Shown: piece after piece, positions 1 through 14,499 of the stretch
Layout of the letters: each line of letters starts with the position of its first letter
Numbering within the stretch: position 1 is the stretch's first letter
Source of the DNA: Octopus sinensis
Taxonomy: Eukaryota
Length of the DNA stretch: 64,000 bases
Direction of reading: 5' to 3'
NCBI RefSeq assembly: GCF_006345805.1
Contig: NC_042998.1
Location: 19,220,001-19,284,000 of the forward strand
Notes under the pieces: model-generated
Database searches by the model: none
The model's input: only the letters and a program-made list of their open reading frames with translations
What the model was told of the DNA's origin: nothing
Program-made: the position numbers and the translations under genes

Positions 1-45
1 CATTAACTTTTAGCAATAGGTCTCGGTAGTGGATAGAACCATATA

Positions 46-279
46 TATTTCTTTACTACCCACAAGGGGCTACGCACAGAGGGGACAAACAAGGACAGAC
101 AAACAGATTAAGTCGATTACATCGACCTCAGTGCGTAACTGATAGTTAATTTATCGACCCCGAAAGTATGAAAGGCAAAGTCGACCTCGGCGGAATTTCA
201 ACCCAGAACGTAACGGCAGACGAAATACGGGTACGCATCTCGCCCGGAGTACTAACGTTTCTGCTAGCTCGCCGCCTTA
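46..279 (-). mobile_element. tRNA-derived SINE, family A (monomer)
   Basis: Minus-strand head AAGGCGGCGAGCTAGCAGAAACG with A/B-box-like motifs; matches copies at 8892, 28081, 47781; perfect 14-bp TSD GATAGAACCATATA at 32-45 and 280-293. Confidence 0.9.
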
Positions 280-800
280 GATAGAACCATATAACAACTA
301 GATAAGTATAGATCAAGATGGTTATTTTTGTTCTCATTAAGCAGAATAAATCATTTTTAATTACAAGCAATAACTACGCCTACACCAATATCTATCATGT
401 TCAAACAATTTCAGAAACAATCTCAGCACACCGCAGGAGTACAATCTATATGTAACATCGCAGAGCGTATAGCATACACTTAGATTAAAATTTTCAGCTG
501 CAAAATGGCTTTGCAGAAAAATTGTCATAATTATCAAATAAGATAGATGTTAGCTTTTGTTTTCTTTCCCACTCGCTATTCACCATGTTAAGTTAGTTAT
601 AATTTGAATTCAAGAATTTTATTCTGTAAATGGAAAATATTGCTAATGGAAAATATGCTAATCTATGATATTCTTTACTCTTTATTGACTAATCTCTGAG
701 CGTTATGTTATTCTTGTGTCATCCGTATATGTAACAGTGAAAATAATTTCCCTCAGTAACTGGCTAACACATACACCCCATAACCGACATACTCACAGCG

Positions 801-840
<40 letters not shown>

Positions 841-1078
841 CATACATACATGTATATATATATATACGTGTGTGTGTGTGCATGTGTGTATCTGCGAGTG
901 TAATGTGTGTATGCATAAGTATATGTAAATTAAATGTATATATATATATATATAAAGACGTACATATTTTTCTACACTGTGGGGGATTGAATACAGTATG
1001 AAAACTGAAGGAGCGACCACCAATCCCTGGGGGCTGAAGCAATTGCGCTCTTTTACGTATTAGAAAATTATGCTACAT

Positions 1079-1080
<2 letters not shown>

Positions 1081-1173
<93 letters not shown>
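1081..1173. repeat. (TAG)n microsatellite
   Basis: Direct inspection. Confidence 0.95.
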
Positions 1174-1337
1174 ACAGCAGCAGCAATCGTATAGTAGGCA
1201 CAGAGGGGATATTCATTCTTACCTCACGCTATTTCGTCACCTTCATCTATGACCTCAGTTGAGAAATGTTCCCAAAATAAAGGAAATTTAATTTCAAAAT
1301 AAAAAACGAATAGCATTATGCACACGTAGTATATATA

Positions 1338-1890
1338 TTGGGTTGTCCGGAAACTTCGTGCCGATTTATAACAGCTTACCTTTCGACTTGTTTTAGAACG
1401 TGGTTGAGTCCATAAAATAGGATTTGACTACACCAGCATTTAGAGCACATTTTAAGCTATATTTTCGTGTAAGAAGTTTTATGTCCCTATAAACTGTATT
1501 AATTCTGTAACCCTTTAAAATGGAAGATGAGAAAGTTCATTTTCGGCACTTGATGTTTTCGCACCCAGACAAAAATTGCTGCAGCTCGGCTGGGATGTGT
1601 TACCCCACCCTCCATATTCACCAGATATTGCTCCTTCGGACTTCCACTTATTCAGGTCTCTCTAGACCTTAATGGTAAAAAATTCAATTCCTTGGATGAC
1701 GTAAAAAGAACATTGATGAATTTTTTGCCATGAAACCATCTCAATTCTGGGTAGAGGGTATTTTCAACTGAAAGGAAAGATGGAGAAGCAATGTGCAACA
1801 AAATGGTTGATATTTGGTTGATTAAAAATATTTTAGCAAGTATTTATTGACCTTTTTCTTTCCTTTAAAAATCGGAACGAACTTTCCGGA
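1338..1890 (+). mobile_element. Internally deleted mariner element
   Basis: TA then TIR TTGGGTTGTCCGGAAACTTCGTGCCGATTT, partial inverted copy at 1869-1890; ATG at 1520 gives MEDEKVHFRHLM, joined by deletion to RQKLLQLGWDVLPHPPYSPDIAPSDFHLFRSL (mariner YSPDLAPSD motif). Confidence 0.92.
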
Positions 1891-3296
1891 AAATGTATAT
1901 CTTTCTTTCGGCTAGTGAATATTTAGCAATATATAGTATACTGTCATTGAATATTCATATTTCTCTGGACAACACATTCCATGGTTTGTCGAATCATATA
2001 ACCAGTTTTCGTGTAGGTGCCTCACAAATGATTACTTCTGTGGTGCCTTTGCAGTAAAATAGCTTATCCTACTCCACAGATCTATACGGTTTTATGCAAT
2101 TGTTTTAATTATATGATCAAGGACTGCGCAAGACAGTTTTATTGGAAAACAGACATGATATACATTGTGTTCAGAAGAGAAATATATTTAAATATTCAAG
2201 CGTATACATTCGAGGAAAACCATTTTTTCGTATCATGTCACTCGGTGTGAGCTATGTGCTACAGCATATCCATGCACTTAATATGACTCTTTGTTATTTC
2301 GTATATCACGAATCACAAAAATATCATTTAATCACTTAAATATTATCTGGGCCTGTAAGACGCGGGTGTATTCCGAAGTAGCGATGTTACGTCCTGAACA
2401 TTAACCTGCCCATGTGGGGGCATTAAACCATCAAACAACAAAGAATAAGAACAGAACTGTTTCCAAAATCTTATTTATCTTTAACTTGTTTCAGTCATTT
2501 TAACTGTGTTCGTGCACACACAGACACACACACATACACACACATACACACAACACACTCACACGCACAACCACACAAGCACAAACACGCTCAGACACAC
2601 AAAGACAGACAACCGCACACACACACACACACACAATCACTCACACATATACAAATATACACACACAAACATACAGATACATACACAAACAAACACACAC
2701 AAATACACACACGCACACACACACACACGTATATATATATGTATTCCAAATCACGTAACAACGGACTGAAATTCTTCAGCTTGCATTCCTATCCAAGAAG
2801 AACCTTCAATTCTGTCAACAACGTTGGCAACCTATTCTAAATTTTACAGTGCGTGAATGTAAAATATTTCTGAAAAAAAAGTGGTCGTCCTTATTCTTTG
2901 TACATCATGAGCAACGAAATGGAAATCACTACTAGGAATTTATAGAAATTCCAGAGATGTGTCCGTCTCATGCAATACGTTGCATTACATACAGAATACG
3001 AACTTCCTGGTAATTCATCCCATTCTTCCTTGTTATCGTAAACCTAAGGAGTTAGGTTTCCGGAAAATAATATCGTCTAGATATATATGCAGAATGCTAT
3101 TGATAATACCACACTGACTTTATTCAACTCATGAGAAATGATTTTTTTCTCTACTGTATATTATAATATAAACGTCATTCGAAACTTTCAGAAAGAATGT
3201 ATATATGCCAAATATCATATATACGTAATTCCTTCTGACCATATTTTTACTAATATATATACACATACCAGCATACACACATACATATATACAATA

Positions 3297-3380
<84 letters not shown>

Positions 3381-3399
3381 ATATATATGAAGCAAAAGA

Positions 3400-3560
3400 C
3401 GAAGACAGTGTTTGAACGACAAGGTGTATTAGTTTCGCGCTCGGCAAAGTGAGAAAGTGCTTTACGTTTTGAGCCTACGCACTTCAGCTGAAAATAATGT
3501 GATAAAATAAACAGAGTGAGAATTCAAAACTTGTGGATTGAGCGGTCAATCATGTATGTA
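3400..3560 (-). repeat. Short interspersed repeat with decayed minimal hammerhead-like core (3455-3490)
   Basis: Minus strand CAGCTGAAGTGCGTAGGCTCAAAACGTAAAG resembles the cores at 30737-30772 and 59841-59885; abuts (TA)n. Confidence 0.4.
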
Positions 3561-3593
3561 CCTATGTAAAACAATCAGATACGTGTAGAATAA

Positions 3594-3854
3594 GATGGTT
3601 AACGATCCATTCAATTAATTTTAAAATAGAAGGCTCTCATTTATAGATAACAAGTAAACGTATTTCGGTAAAAAATACAGTAGAAAATATTCATATATTC
3701 CCCGTGTGGTGAAACTTATGGATGTTTATTATGTTATTACAGGTGCAGTAATTTACATTTTATGAGCCACGACTCATAAAAATAATGCTTATATCTAATT
3801 GCAATTTATTTAATATGTACGTTTAAATGTTTCTAAATATATCTCGCATTGTAA

Positions 3855-3887
<33 letters not shown>

Positions 3888-3923
3888 ATATATATATATG
3901 CGTGTGTGTGTGTGTGTGTATGT

Positions 3924-4015
<92 letters not shown>

Positions 4016-4445
4016 TATACACGACGGATTTCTTTCGGTTTCTGTCTACCAAATTCCACTCACAAGGCTTTGGTTGGCCTGAGGTTATAGTAGAAGATAC
4101 TTACCCAGCGACTGAACCCGGAATCTTGTGGTTGGGAAGCAAGTTTCTTACCACACAGTCACTTCTGTCTGTATACATATATCAATTTACAATGCGAGAT
4201 ATATATAGAAACATTTAAATGTACATATTAAATAAATTGCAATTAGATATAGGCTCCATTTTTATGAGTGGACGCTCACAAAATGTATATTACTCCACCT
4301 ATAATAAAGTATAAATATCTTTTAGTTGCACACGGGGAATATATGAATATTTCTACTGTATCCTTTACCGAAATACGCTTTACTTGTTCTCTATAAATGA
4401 GTGCCTTCTATTTTAAAATTAATTGAATTGGAACGTTAGCCATCC
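3594..4445. repeat. Fold-back element with ~260-bp inverted arms (3594-3855 / 4186-4445)
   Basis: Arms align by eye, e.g. ATTCCCCGTGTG vs CACACGGGGAAT and TCTCGCATTGTAAA vs TTTACAATGCGAGA; spacer is microsatellite plus a SINE head. Confidence 0.9.
4022..4168 (-). mobile_element. tRNA-derived SINE family B, 5' head
   Basis: Minus strand GTGACTGTGTGGTAAGAAACTTGCTTCCCAACCAC...GGTTCAGTC; homologous to 16859 and 32742 heads. Confidence 0.85.
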
Positions 4446-5919
4446 CGACATTTCCAATATTTTATCAACTTATATACATTTTTCCTTTAACAACAAGCTT
4501 AAACACCGTGACGTGTACGTTACACGTAGTAAACAGAATCACTGAGATTAGTTCATCTCAAAGCTAATCTACATAAATAATACTTGGTACGCTGGTAAAA
4601 ATACTTGATATAGGATATTAAAAATCAAATTACAAATACTAACGCTGTAATGAGCTGAGTAATATTTCTGTTAGGAGTGGCTTTTAACAGAGATCACTTG
4701 AACTCCCACCTCCGTCGTGAATACGAATTTACTTTCTCCCTTCGTTTTCCAGTCCCTCGTTACCTCAAGCATTCACCATTAGTTCATTTAAAATACAGCT
4801 CGAAAGATGTTTACACACACCGCACAGCTGCCACATACAACTGTCCCTCTTCCTTCAACCCATACAACTTCTATACACACATTTACAAATTACCCACATC
4901 ACACAAACCATTATGCTCACACAACATACACATACGCTACTACATAGGCACACGCACTACTTCCTACTCCACACACACCAGCTTCCGCACTTCCACACCT
5001 ATTTTTTCATATGTGTCGTCACCCACGTACGGTTCCATCTCCAAACTCTTTTGTAGCCTCTATTGCACCAAACACATCCATCCCTGTCGACACACACACA
5101 TACGTCTCCCTACAGGATACATTTACGTCAGATAATCTCGCACTTACAGTCACCTTCACACACACGCGTGCGCACAAACGCAGAATATACACTTGCATAT
5201 GAAATTCATGAACACACTTTGTACAACAGGCCCATATACACACCACCTGATAACAAGGACACACACGTTCGCTCACATACATACACACACGCATAAACGC
5301 ACAAAATATAAGTTCACACAATAGCATCGACAGAATTTATGGTGACACACGTATGTGCAACAGCCTCTTAGACATACACACCAAAGAAAATCATAAGAAT
5401 GCTACACACACGCGCCTGAACACGCATACGCACACATACGCACATGCATACAAACGCACACACATGTACACACATCTAATAATCTCATACGCACATGTCA
5501 GATAGTCACACACATTCTTACATATAGACACGTCCATACACACGCACACGTAAGTACACGGAGCACAAACACACGCATCTCTTCCTATAAATACACATAC
5601 ACACGCGCAGGTGTAATTGTTTTTCATACATTCTGACACAAACGCACGTGCTCCCATGTATACACATGCGCATGCTCACTTAATCTTTATACTCACACAC
5701 AGGCTTCTATACTCACATATACATACATGTGCCTATATGAGATTGTTTCAAAATTTTCCTACATTAGTTTCATGAAACACAGCTTAAAACTAATATTTTA
5801 TTATGCTTTCTAATATATTTGGCCTAAACTTTGCCATGTACTCCATAAGATATTCTAGCACTCTAAACAATACAAGAGCTACTGTCACTGTTTCTAACAC
5901 TCACAAAACATAAGCATGC

Positions 5920-5952
5920 ATTCATATATGCATATATATATATATATGTAGT

Positions 5953-5992
<40 letters not shown>

Positions 5993-6005
5993 ATATATAT
6001 ATAAA

Positions 6006-6044
<39 letters not shown>

Positions 6045-6590
6045 TATATACAGTTGTATATACATGAATATATATATAACTATATATATGTGTGTATAAA
6101 TTATATATATATGTAGTTATATATATGAATGTATATAACTATATATATGTAGTTATATGTATATGAATATATATAACTATATATATATGTAGTTATATAT
6201 ATATATATGAATATATATAACTATATATATATGTAGTTATATATGTATGAATATATATAACTATATATATATGTATGTATAAGTTTTATATATATATATA
6301 ACTATATATATGTGTGTATAAATTATATATATATATATATATTTAGTTATATATATGAGTATATATAACTACATATATATAGTTATATATATATGAATAT
6401 ATATAACGATATATATATATATATATATATATGAGCATATATAACTATATATATATGTATATATAAGTAGTATATCTATATATATATTAAAAATTTATAC
6501 AAACATATATATATATATATATATATATATCGTTATATATATATGAATATATACATATATATATATATAAATACAGACACAACCGCGCGT
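5920..6590. repeat. AT-rich minisatellite with internally palindromic ~35-45 bp units
   Basis: Recurrent TAGTTATATA(TA)nTGAATATATATAACTA units. Confidence 0.85.
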
Positions 6591-7044
6591 GCTCACACGC
6601 ACATACACACTCATATACATAAATGGAAGTTTGTATGAACGTGAATACAGATGTGTGCAGTATAGATCTTTACAAATGTAAGAAAATGTATGTTTTTAGA
6701 TGTGAGAACATACTATTCAAGACATGTGGCATATTTTAATAAAATAAAACGTCACACTTTTTGTACTATTCATTAAGTTGGAGCTTCTTAAAAACGCCAC
6801 GGAATTTTAGAAGGGAAATTTTTTGGCAAATAAGGAGTGGAACATAGTTTAATTGTTTGGAAGGAAAAAATCTAAATGGAAAATTTAAAAAACAGAAGAA
6901 AATTACAAAGAAAACTATATAAAGTTAGATGCGCATAAATATTCATTGACATATCTATGTAGATGCATAATTTAAAAACAAAATGTATGTAAATTGACAT
7001 ACAGATATAGGCACATACACCTGTATGTGTACGAAAAAAATTAT

Positions 7045-7367
7045 ATATACGCATAATATCAATTTACGTATACTTCAGTACAGAGAAAAAGTCTTTCATT
7101 CAGTTTTGTTTATATGTGTGAGAATGAAAGGTAGAACGGTAGAGAGAACGTGTGTTTATGTGTGTGTATGTCTGTGTGTGTGTGTGTCTGTGTGCGTGTG
7201 CATTCGCTTAAACATATATACGCATAATATTAATTTACGTATACTTCAGTACAGGGAAAACGTCTTTCATTCAGTTTTGTTTATATGTGTGAGAAAGGAA
7301 GGTAGAAAGTTAGAGAGATTGTGGGTTTATGTGTGTGTCTGCGTGCGTGTGCATTCGCTTAAACATA
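7045..7367. repeat. Tandem duplication, period 171 bp
   Basis: ATATACGCATAATAT...GCATTCGCTTAAACAT at 7045 and 7216. Confidence 0.9.
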
Positions 7368-8347
7368 GTGTAAAGACGTAAAGTTAAAGAAATACACGGA
7401 ATTATTCGAACACACGTGTAAGCAATGAAACAAATACAAAATGGCGGACATAGATACACATTGATATATACTTGAACGCAAATATCTACTCTTCACGCTT
7501 CCTTTCTCACTATACATTCAAATATTCAACATATATACAATTGAGAGCACGCACGTATACATTCTTAAAAGAAGCAGAGACAAATTATATAGACATTTCA
7601 GTATTTATATACTTTTGGTTCAGTCCTACTAGACGGTACATTTGTCAAGTGTCTTCATCTATAGCCCCAGGCCAACGAAACCCAGTGCATTTCGCATGTG
7701 TGTGTGTGTGTGTGTATTTCCAAGTAAAAAGAAATGTGGAGTTCATATATTAGAAACATCTGAAAAGATTCAATGCGCACTGATGAAGATAAGTTACTAA
7801 ATGCCTCACAGTAACGGATTGAATAACAGGTGATATGAAATTTAAATAATATGCACGCGCATATTTATCAATATGCGTGGCGTTGACGAAATACGGCATC
7901 CTGACAGTGGGCATTTCAGATCGTTTCTATTTTATATCAGTTTTACGCAATAAAATTGCGGAATTTTGTCAGTGTATAGGTCACGGTTTCAAAGAGACGA
8001 AAATATTTTCACAAATTAAATTTAAATGTTGATGCGAATCTAACGGATTTTGTGTGTTTCTTACATGGCTCATAAACACCTTCCACGATGCAATTGTTTT
8101 CGTTCCAGCACAATGAACGCAGATCAGGTCACTTGCAATGCAAGTACATTTCCGTAATTGATAACAATCTTTTTGTCAATCACAAAATAGCAGATATCCG
8201 GCCGATGAATCTGGTTCATTTAAGACATAAGATACTTGAAACCTAACTAAACATATTAAGAAACATAAAAACCTTAGTTCCAGATAACATCTTAGGCATC
8301 AATTGGACGCCAATATAATATTACCGGTTTAATGATATAATATATAT

Positions 8348-8453
8348 AATTTCTTGTCACTAAGCTATCTCTGCAGATTCGTATTGCTTGAAGTAATTAT
8401 GGGTAAGTGAGGCTCTTATAAGAAATAATCAACACATTGCACCAGAACAGCAA
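8348..8453 (+). repeat. ~105-bp segment duplicated at 10570-10674, containing a possible 26-nt micro-exon (8377-8402)
   Basis: Direct alignment of the two copies; CTGCAG| ... G|GTAAGT boundaries. Confidence 0.85.
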
Positions 8454-8891
8454 CATATAATATATCATTAAACCTTTACAACTTTATATCCCAAATATAA
8501 TTTTCCTCCACATCCGTGACATCCTACTTTGGAACCCCAACATCCTTTAAAAAATCAAACAATTTTAGATCATTACCTATAGGGGATTTGAATTTTAGAT
8601 TATTTGTTAGAACAACAGGATTTGGGATTTTAAGAGCCACCAGCGGTATTTTCCGGTCACGGCTATCTTATATTACACCAAGTACATTGCATATTATATA
8701 ATGGAGATATTTGCACCTTAATACAAAATAAAGATTGTTTAATATTTATGATGCTGCTATCAGAGATGTAATTGATGTTCAAACAAATCTTCTGGTGGGC
8801 ACACATTTCTGGTGAAGAAGAAGACCTGTAAAGTATATCTATCGTTGTAGCTAGACAAGAAGTGTTGGAACGATGGTAATAGAAGAACGTA

Positions 8892-9123
8892 AGGCGGCGA
8901 GCTGGCAGAAACGTTAGCACGCCGGGCGAAATGCGTAGCCGTATTTCGTCTGCCGTTACGTTCTGAGTTCAAATTCCGCCGAGGTCGACTTTGCCTTTCA
9001 TCGTTTCGGGGTCAATTAAATAAGTACCAGTTACGCACTGGGGTCGGTATAATCGACTTAGTCCGTTTGTCTGTTCTTGTTTGTCTTCTCTGTGTTTAGC
9101 CCCTTGTGGGTAGTAAAGAAATA
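8892..9123 (+). mobile_element. SINE family A monomer
   Basis: Head AGGCGGCGAGCTGGCAGAAACG, B box GAGTTCAAATTCC; 17-bp TSD with 1 mismatch at 8875-8891 and 9124-9140. Confidence 0.92.
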
Positions 9124-10569
9124 GGTAATAGATGAACGTATTGTAATGATCCAGGAGTTCGTCAAGAAAGGCTAACGAATATAGTAAAATGACATCTCCT
9201 AAAAAACAACATGCTGATTTCTAAAGCGGCTGGCAATCATATTAAAAGAATATTTGTATGAATAGATTTGCGAGTTATTAAGATGTATCAAATACTACCC
9301 CTTTCCAGTACATTTAGGGAAATGTTAATTCCATGTTATTCTTTAAATTGTCTGTTTTGTTTCAAATTATATCTCATCGTTTCTCTCTTTGAGTTTTAAT
9401 TCTTTCTTCAATTAAATGTTCCATTAGGTACTTAATCTTTATACTTCTTTAGGGAGGCAGAGACTCGGAAATATTTCTGCGAAAAATTTTAGGCTTAACA
9501 AATATTACTGGGTGGTTTTAAAATTTTTACTGAAGTATAGAAGCAAAAATTTTGTAGAAATTACATCCGAGATTTTCAATATAAATTTTATAATTCACAT
9601 CCAGTATGGTATTTAAAAAAAAACTATCATTTTAGACGTTGAAGTGATGACTATCTCGCCTTATTTCATGTGATATTGCGAACGTAACTATATTGTGCGC
9701 ACGCTTTTGGATTGCAGGATGTGATGCGGGCAAAATCAGCCGACATTTCTATCACGTCGAAAATTTATATAGTGTCTTGTTTGTCAGTTATTCCTTTGCT
9801 AATCGCACGCCTACATTGATATATTATAACCTTCTTCCTTTTTCGTGAATGTTTACACCGTACCGGGAATCAAAGCGCCAAACCTCCTCATCAATGCTCC
9901 AATTTACGTGTAGCTTTTAACATGCATTTTCCGAAGGTTATTTGCAATTCCAATGATGGAAACTGGATAGAATTCAAATAGAAATTAAATTAGAAGCCTC
10001 AGGGATATACCGCAGTGACAGTTATCTTTTCGCAGTCCTTAGCCTATCAATTCTGAAACTATTTTCTCGACCATTGTTATTGCAGTGAAAGCGCTAAATA
10101 AGTGAGCTTACTGAAGCGTTTCTACATTACAGAGGCAGGAAACATTATCAACGTTCTTGTGAATACAATTTATTGACATTTGTAGCCTTTAAAATCAAAG
10201 TTCACTTAAGTGAAACAATAGACGTTAGTGATGTGCTAAAATTCATGTCTCCACAACGCAAAGAGTGATGAATTTTGTATATAACATCGAGGTATAAAGC
10301 TGAAATTGAATAATCAACATTTAATTCTGATGGTGTATGGATAGAATATTTCGAAAATAGAGCATGGAATTGTAACAATTTATTATGAATATAGACCCAA
10401 CGATTTACAAAACCTGGCAGAGCAGGAGTGTTACTATCATTGCTACAGTTCACGACTTATTTCGGCTAGTTTTATTTGCATTTTCAGTGCAGAAGAGAGC
10501 ATTTGTTAAGGAAAATGTCGCAGGTTATCAGTTGATCTAAGGTTATGGATATTCGTTTACCGAGTGAGC

Positions 10570-10674
10570 AATTTCTTGTCACTATGGTATCTCTGCAGTT
10601 TCGTATTGCTTGAAATAATTATGGGTAAATGAGGCTCTATCAGAAATAGTCGACACATTGCACCAGAACAGCAA
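10570..10674 (+). repeat. Second copy of 8348-8453 segment, possible micro-exon 10599-10624
   Basis: Direct alignment; CTGCAG| ... G|GTAAAT. Confidence 0.85.
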
Positions 10675-11422
10675 TTTCATTATTCAAAAATTATCTTTAG
10701 CAGACAACATATATTTTATGGTATGTGCAGATTACTAATAAGTTGTGGATGTCCTTGATTATAATTCTCACGTTTACATACCTGTATACTGGCTTTCATA
10801 CTATCTTATATTTTTTCACTTTTCTTCCTTGAGCAACAAACACGATACACCAATATACAATGAATTCCTGAAGAGCTTGTGTGTTTTATACCGAGAAAAC
10901 GCTGATCACCAGCTTCTCCTTTCGAGTTGATTTATCGCTAAACAGAAGGATATCTGGAATATACAAATAAACTAGTAAATGCAAGTCTCTATCGACATCG
11001 GTTTATCGTCTGTGAAAGTGAAACTGTACTTATTGAATGGGTCGTACTCACAAACATACACACACACATATACACATACATTCATATTTATATGCACACA
11101 CGGGTATATACACATACATACTTATATTCACACACAGGTATATGTGTGTGTATCTTTTCAAATTTCAAACTTTACTCATGAATCTTTAGTTTGAATAATA
11201 CGTTAATATACTCAGTGTGACAAAAAAAATATCTATCTATATTTGTTGATAACGCTTTTGGTTATGTTACAGGTTCAAATCATAAGTTGCTACATCATTT
11301 TCATACACGGTCGTGGATTCTAAAACAAACTCAGATTAACGCATGTATTTGATAATGTTCTGTTTATTACATATCTCGTCATTTCATTTTCATCGATAGG
11401 TACACTATCCTATCTTTTGCAG

Positions 11423-11589
11423 TAGTTGTTTCGCTGATATCTTTACTGAAGTATATAAAGGCCATATTACAGCTAAATTCAATAAACACAATGCTGACAC
11501 CACTGGGAATCTATCGTATGAAAGCATTGCGAATGAACAGCGCGATGGAAGCTGATTATGCATCAAGATTTGTGATGTGGTGGGGGCAG
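11423..11589 (+). CDS. Candidate internal exon of an unidentified membrane protein (speculative)
   Basis: Strong pyrimidine-rich acceptor CCTATCTTTTGCAG, open frame VVVSLISLLKYIKAILQL...FVMWWGQ, weak donor CAG|GTTTGA; no homology recognised. Confidence 0.25.
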
Positions 11590-14357
11590 GTTTGAAAGAA
11601 AGCTGGATAGATATAGATACAAACAAATAGCGAGACCGACAAATCAGAAATAATATTATGTAATGTTCCTTAAAATAAGTGTATATAAAATCTTGTAATT
11701 TAAGCCCTGGAGCAGAAGCATGGAGACCCCATTATAAACATATAAAGAAACTTAACACCTTTCACATGTACTATATGCGCAATAACGGCAACATAAAATG
11801 GCAAATAGGATATCATATGTTGAAACCTTCGACAAAATGTGATATCTCCAGTGTCAAAAACATGACATTTTAGTGCAGATGTATAGGACATTTTGTCCGA
11901 ATGAAAGATAATCACATTCTAAAATAAAACCACTGTATGGCTAACAAGCAGGAGGATTCTACGGTAAAATAAAACTCATCATTCGGTATAAGAATAAGTT
12001 GAAGCGATCACTGAAATCTCAACAGTTTAATTTGACCTCTTGGGAAAGTCATTGCCTAAAAATATTTGCATGGCGTAAAATGTGCCATGATGCACTTAGC
12101 AATTTGAGCTGAAGAAACAGTACAGTAGCATAAATATATTCTGTTATCAAGAGACAAATCACATTTGTGCAATACAAGGAAAGATCAGAATCATCAGTTC
12201 ACCCATTGTGACTTCATAACAAAACCCATATCTGGGCTCAAATTACATTCACAAATCCATCGCAAATATTTGCAACTTGTTTTATCTTTGAACCTTATTT
12301 TCAGTTTTAATCCTTTTCACATGCATTCACACGACCAGATCATCGGTAATTGTAATCAATATTTGTCAGAAATATATATTTTATAAGGAAAAATCGGTGA
12401 AAAACCATAAACCCAACCTAATTATTAAAACAAATACCACTTTTTACAAGTATACAGCACAACAAATGTTATTTACATTAAAGAATTCACTCCGTAATTA
12501 CTTGTTTACACATGCCAGAATAGCATTGCCTGACGGTTTGAAATATCTTCTATATGTTGTAATTGACGAATACTCTCGTAATAGAATTATATAGAGCTCA
12601 AGTAAGATATTCACACCGTCGAGAAAAGTGGATATAAGTTGTTTTACGAACAAAGTCCTTTGCGAGTGTATGTTATGAACCGAATAACGAACATGTCTTC
12701 TTTCCCACGCTATGATAGACACCATTAACTGCTAACTGATACACTGGAAAAAGTATAACAAACTATTCTTCAGGAGATCCGATTGACAGCTTGTAATTAA
12801 ATTCAGTCATTTTGGATAGAATATATCCTTTAGTATCCCGAATGATTGCTAGTATTCAAATTGGTTTGAAGTACTTGCAGAATTACAGAACTAATTACAG
12901 TACCTGCAGAATTACAGAACAAATTCAATCTTCTAAATTTGTTGTACAATTTCAACCAATTTTCTGTTAAAGAAAGAGTTACCTCGATAGAAGCCTTGTA
13001 GCTGATAGCTTATTGCTCCGTCTGTCCACAGGCAGTGTACAATAATACTTTTATATGGCCAGCGCAAATTTCTCTAGTTTTAATTTTGGTCATGTCGTTT
13101 GTTTACTCATATAATTACCATGCACTTTCTAATTAAATATTAGTTTGTAGTAACAGTGATACCAACAAACCATATAATGAACTAATTAATTATTGAGTCT
13201 ACAATTCCACGGAGTTAGAGAGACAGAGAGTCAGACATACAGAGACAGAGAGAGAGAAAGTCAGTTTGGTGGAAGAAGAAAGACAGAGAGATGAATATAT
13301 TTTACTAAATTAATTATAATTGATTTTCAAATTATATTGGCCTATTATTGGCTTTCTTTGGTTTGATGATAACCCTGTCACAATTATTGTTAAAATAATG
13401 GCGATAAAATAATTCTAAGCTAAGTATATTCAATAAATATTAGGCGAGATCATTAATCTTTTGCTTCCATGTCACATTTAATGACCTACCATTCCATTTT
13501 AATGATGTTTACTCACAGACATCGATGTCGAAAGGCTTTCAACGAATGCTTGATTTCATTTATTATTTTGAAAACCGAGAAGGATTGTAATCAGGTTGCA
13601 TCGAAATTATCGATGCCGATCTTAATGTTGGATTTAACTGGAAGTGAATGAATCTCATTAGATAACGAAATTAGAATTTACGTCAACGACACTTGCTTTC
13701 AGTGCTTATTGTGTAAAATGAAACAACTATCTGCGCCCATAGTGTTAGCACATATGGTGGTGCTTACCTAAATGAGTAGTTAAAATTCACTAGAGTAAAT
13801 CCCCAGCGGAGCTATAATTACTGAGATTGCTGCTTGTTCGTTGTAATATAAGATCTTGTTACGCACTGAATATGATAAGGAGAAATCAATTGAGTGCTGC
13901 CTCTATTTTGAATAAATTTTTTTAAAATAAAACATTTGAATATAGAACTGTTTGCATGAACGTGCATTTACTATCACCTCTACAATTTAATTCTTAATAA
14001 AGCAAGCCATTTTACTTTGTTATAATTATCCATAACTAAGTCTAAAATTCCTCCTACTTTTTCGTTAAAGTTTATCAATTGCAATATGGTAATTACATTA
14101 CTAATTAATTTCAAACGAAGAAAAATGTTTAAAAAATGCAAAAACAAAGTTTTCCATATAGTATCAGAGGTTTAATTCAATTACTGTTAAAACATAATTT
14201 AATTTAATGTTATAAATATTAAACAATGCACATATAGGGCCATTGAAGAAGGAATGAATATTCGTTAAGCTGTCTCTCGTTTGCAAGGAATCTGTACAAC
14301 CACAAAGACGAGTTACGTATAAATGTGCGTGTTTGGGTGGGAGTGCGTTCCCGCAAC

Positions 14358-14391
<34 letters not shown>

Positions 14392-14499
14392 ATAATAAAA
14401 GAGTAAAATTTATCAATTAAATTAATTAATCAATTAATTAATTTATAATTTTCACAAGGAGATCGGTACGTTAAAATAACCTTTATAGGTAAAATTGCA

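Noticed and set aside
2190-2280. KRIHSRK...CELC resembling a C2H2 zinc-finger linker
   Set aside because: No TGEKP linker, wrong Cys/His spacing, not repeated
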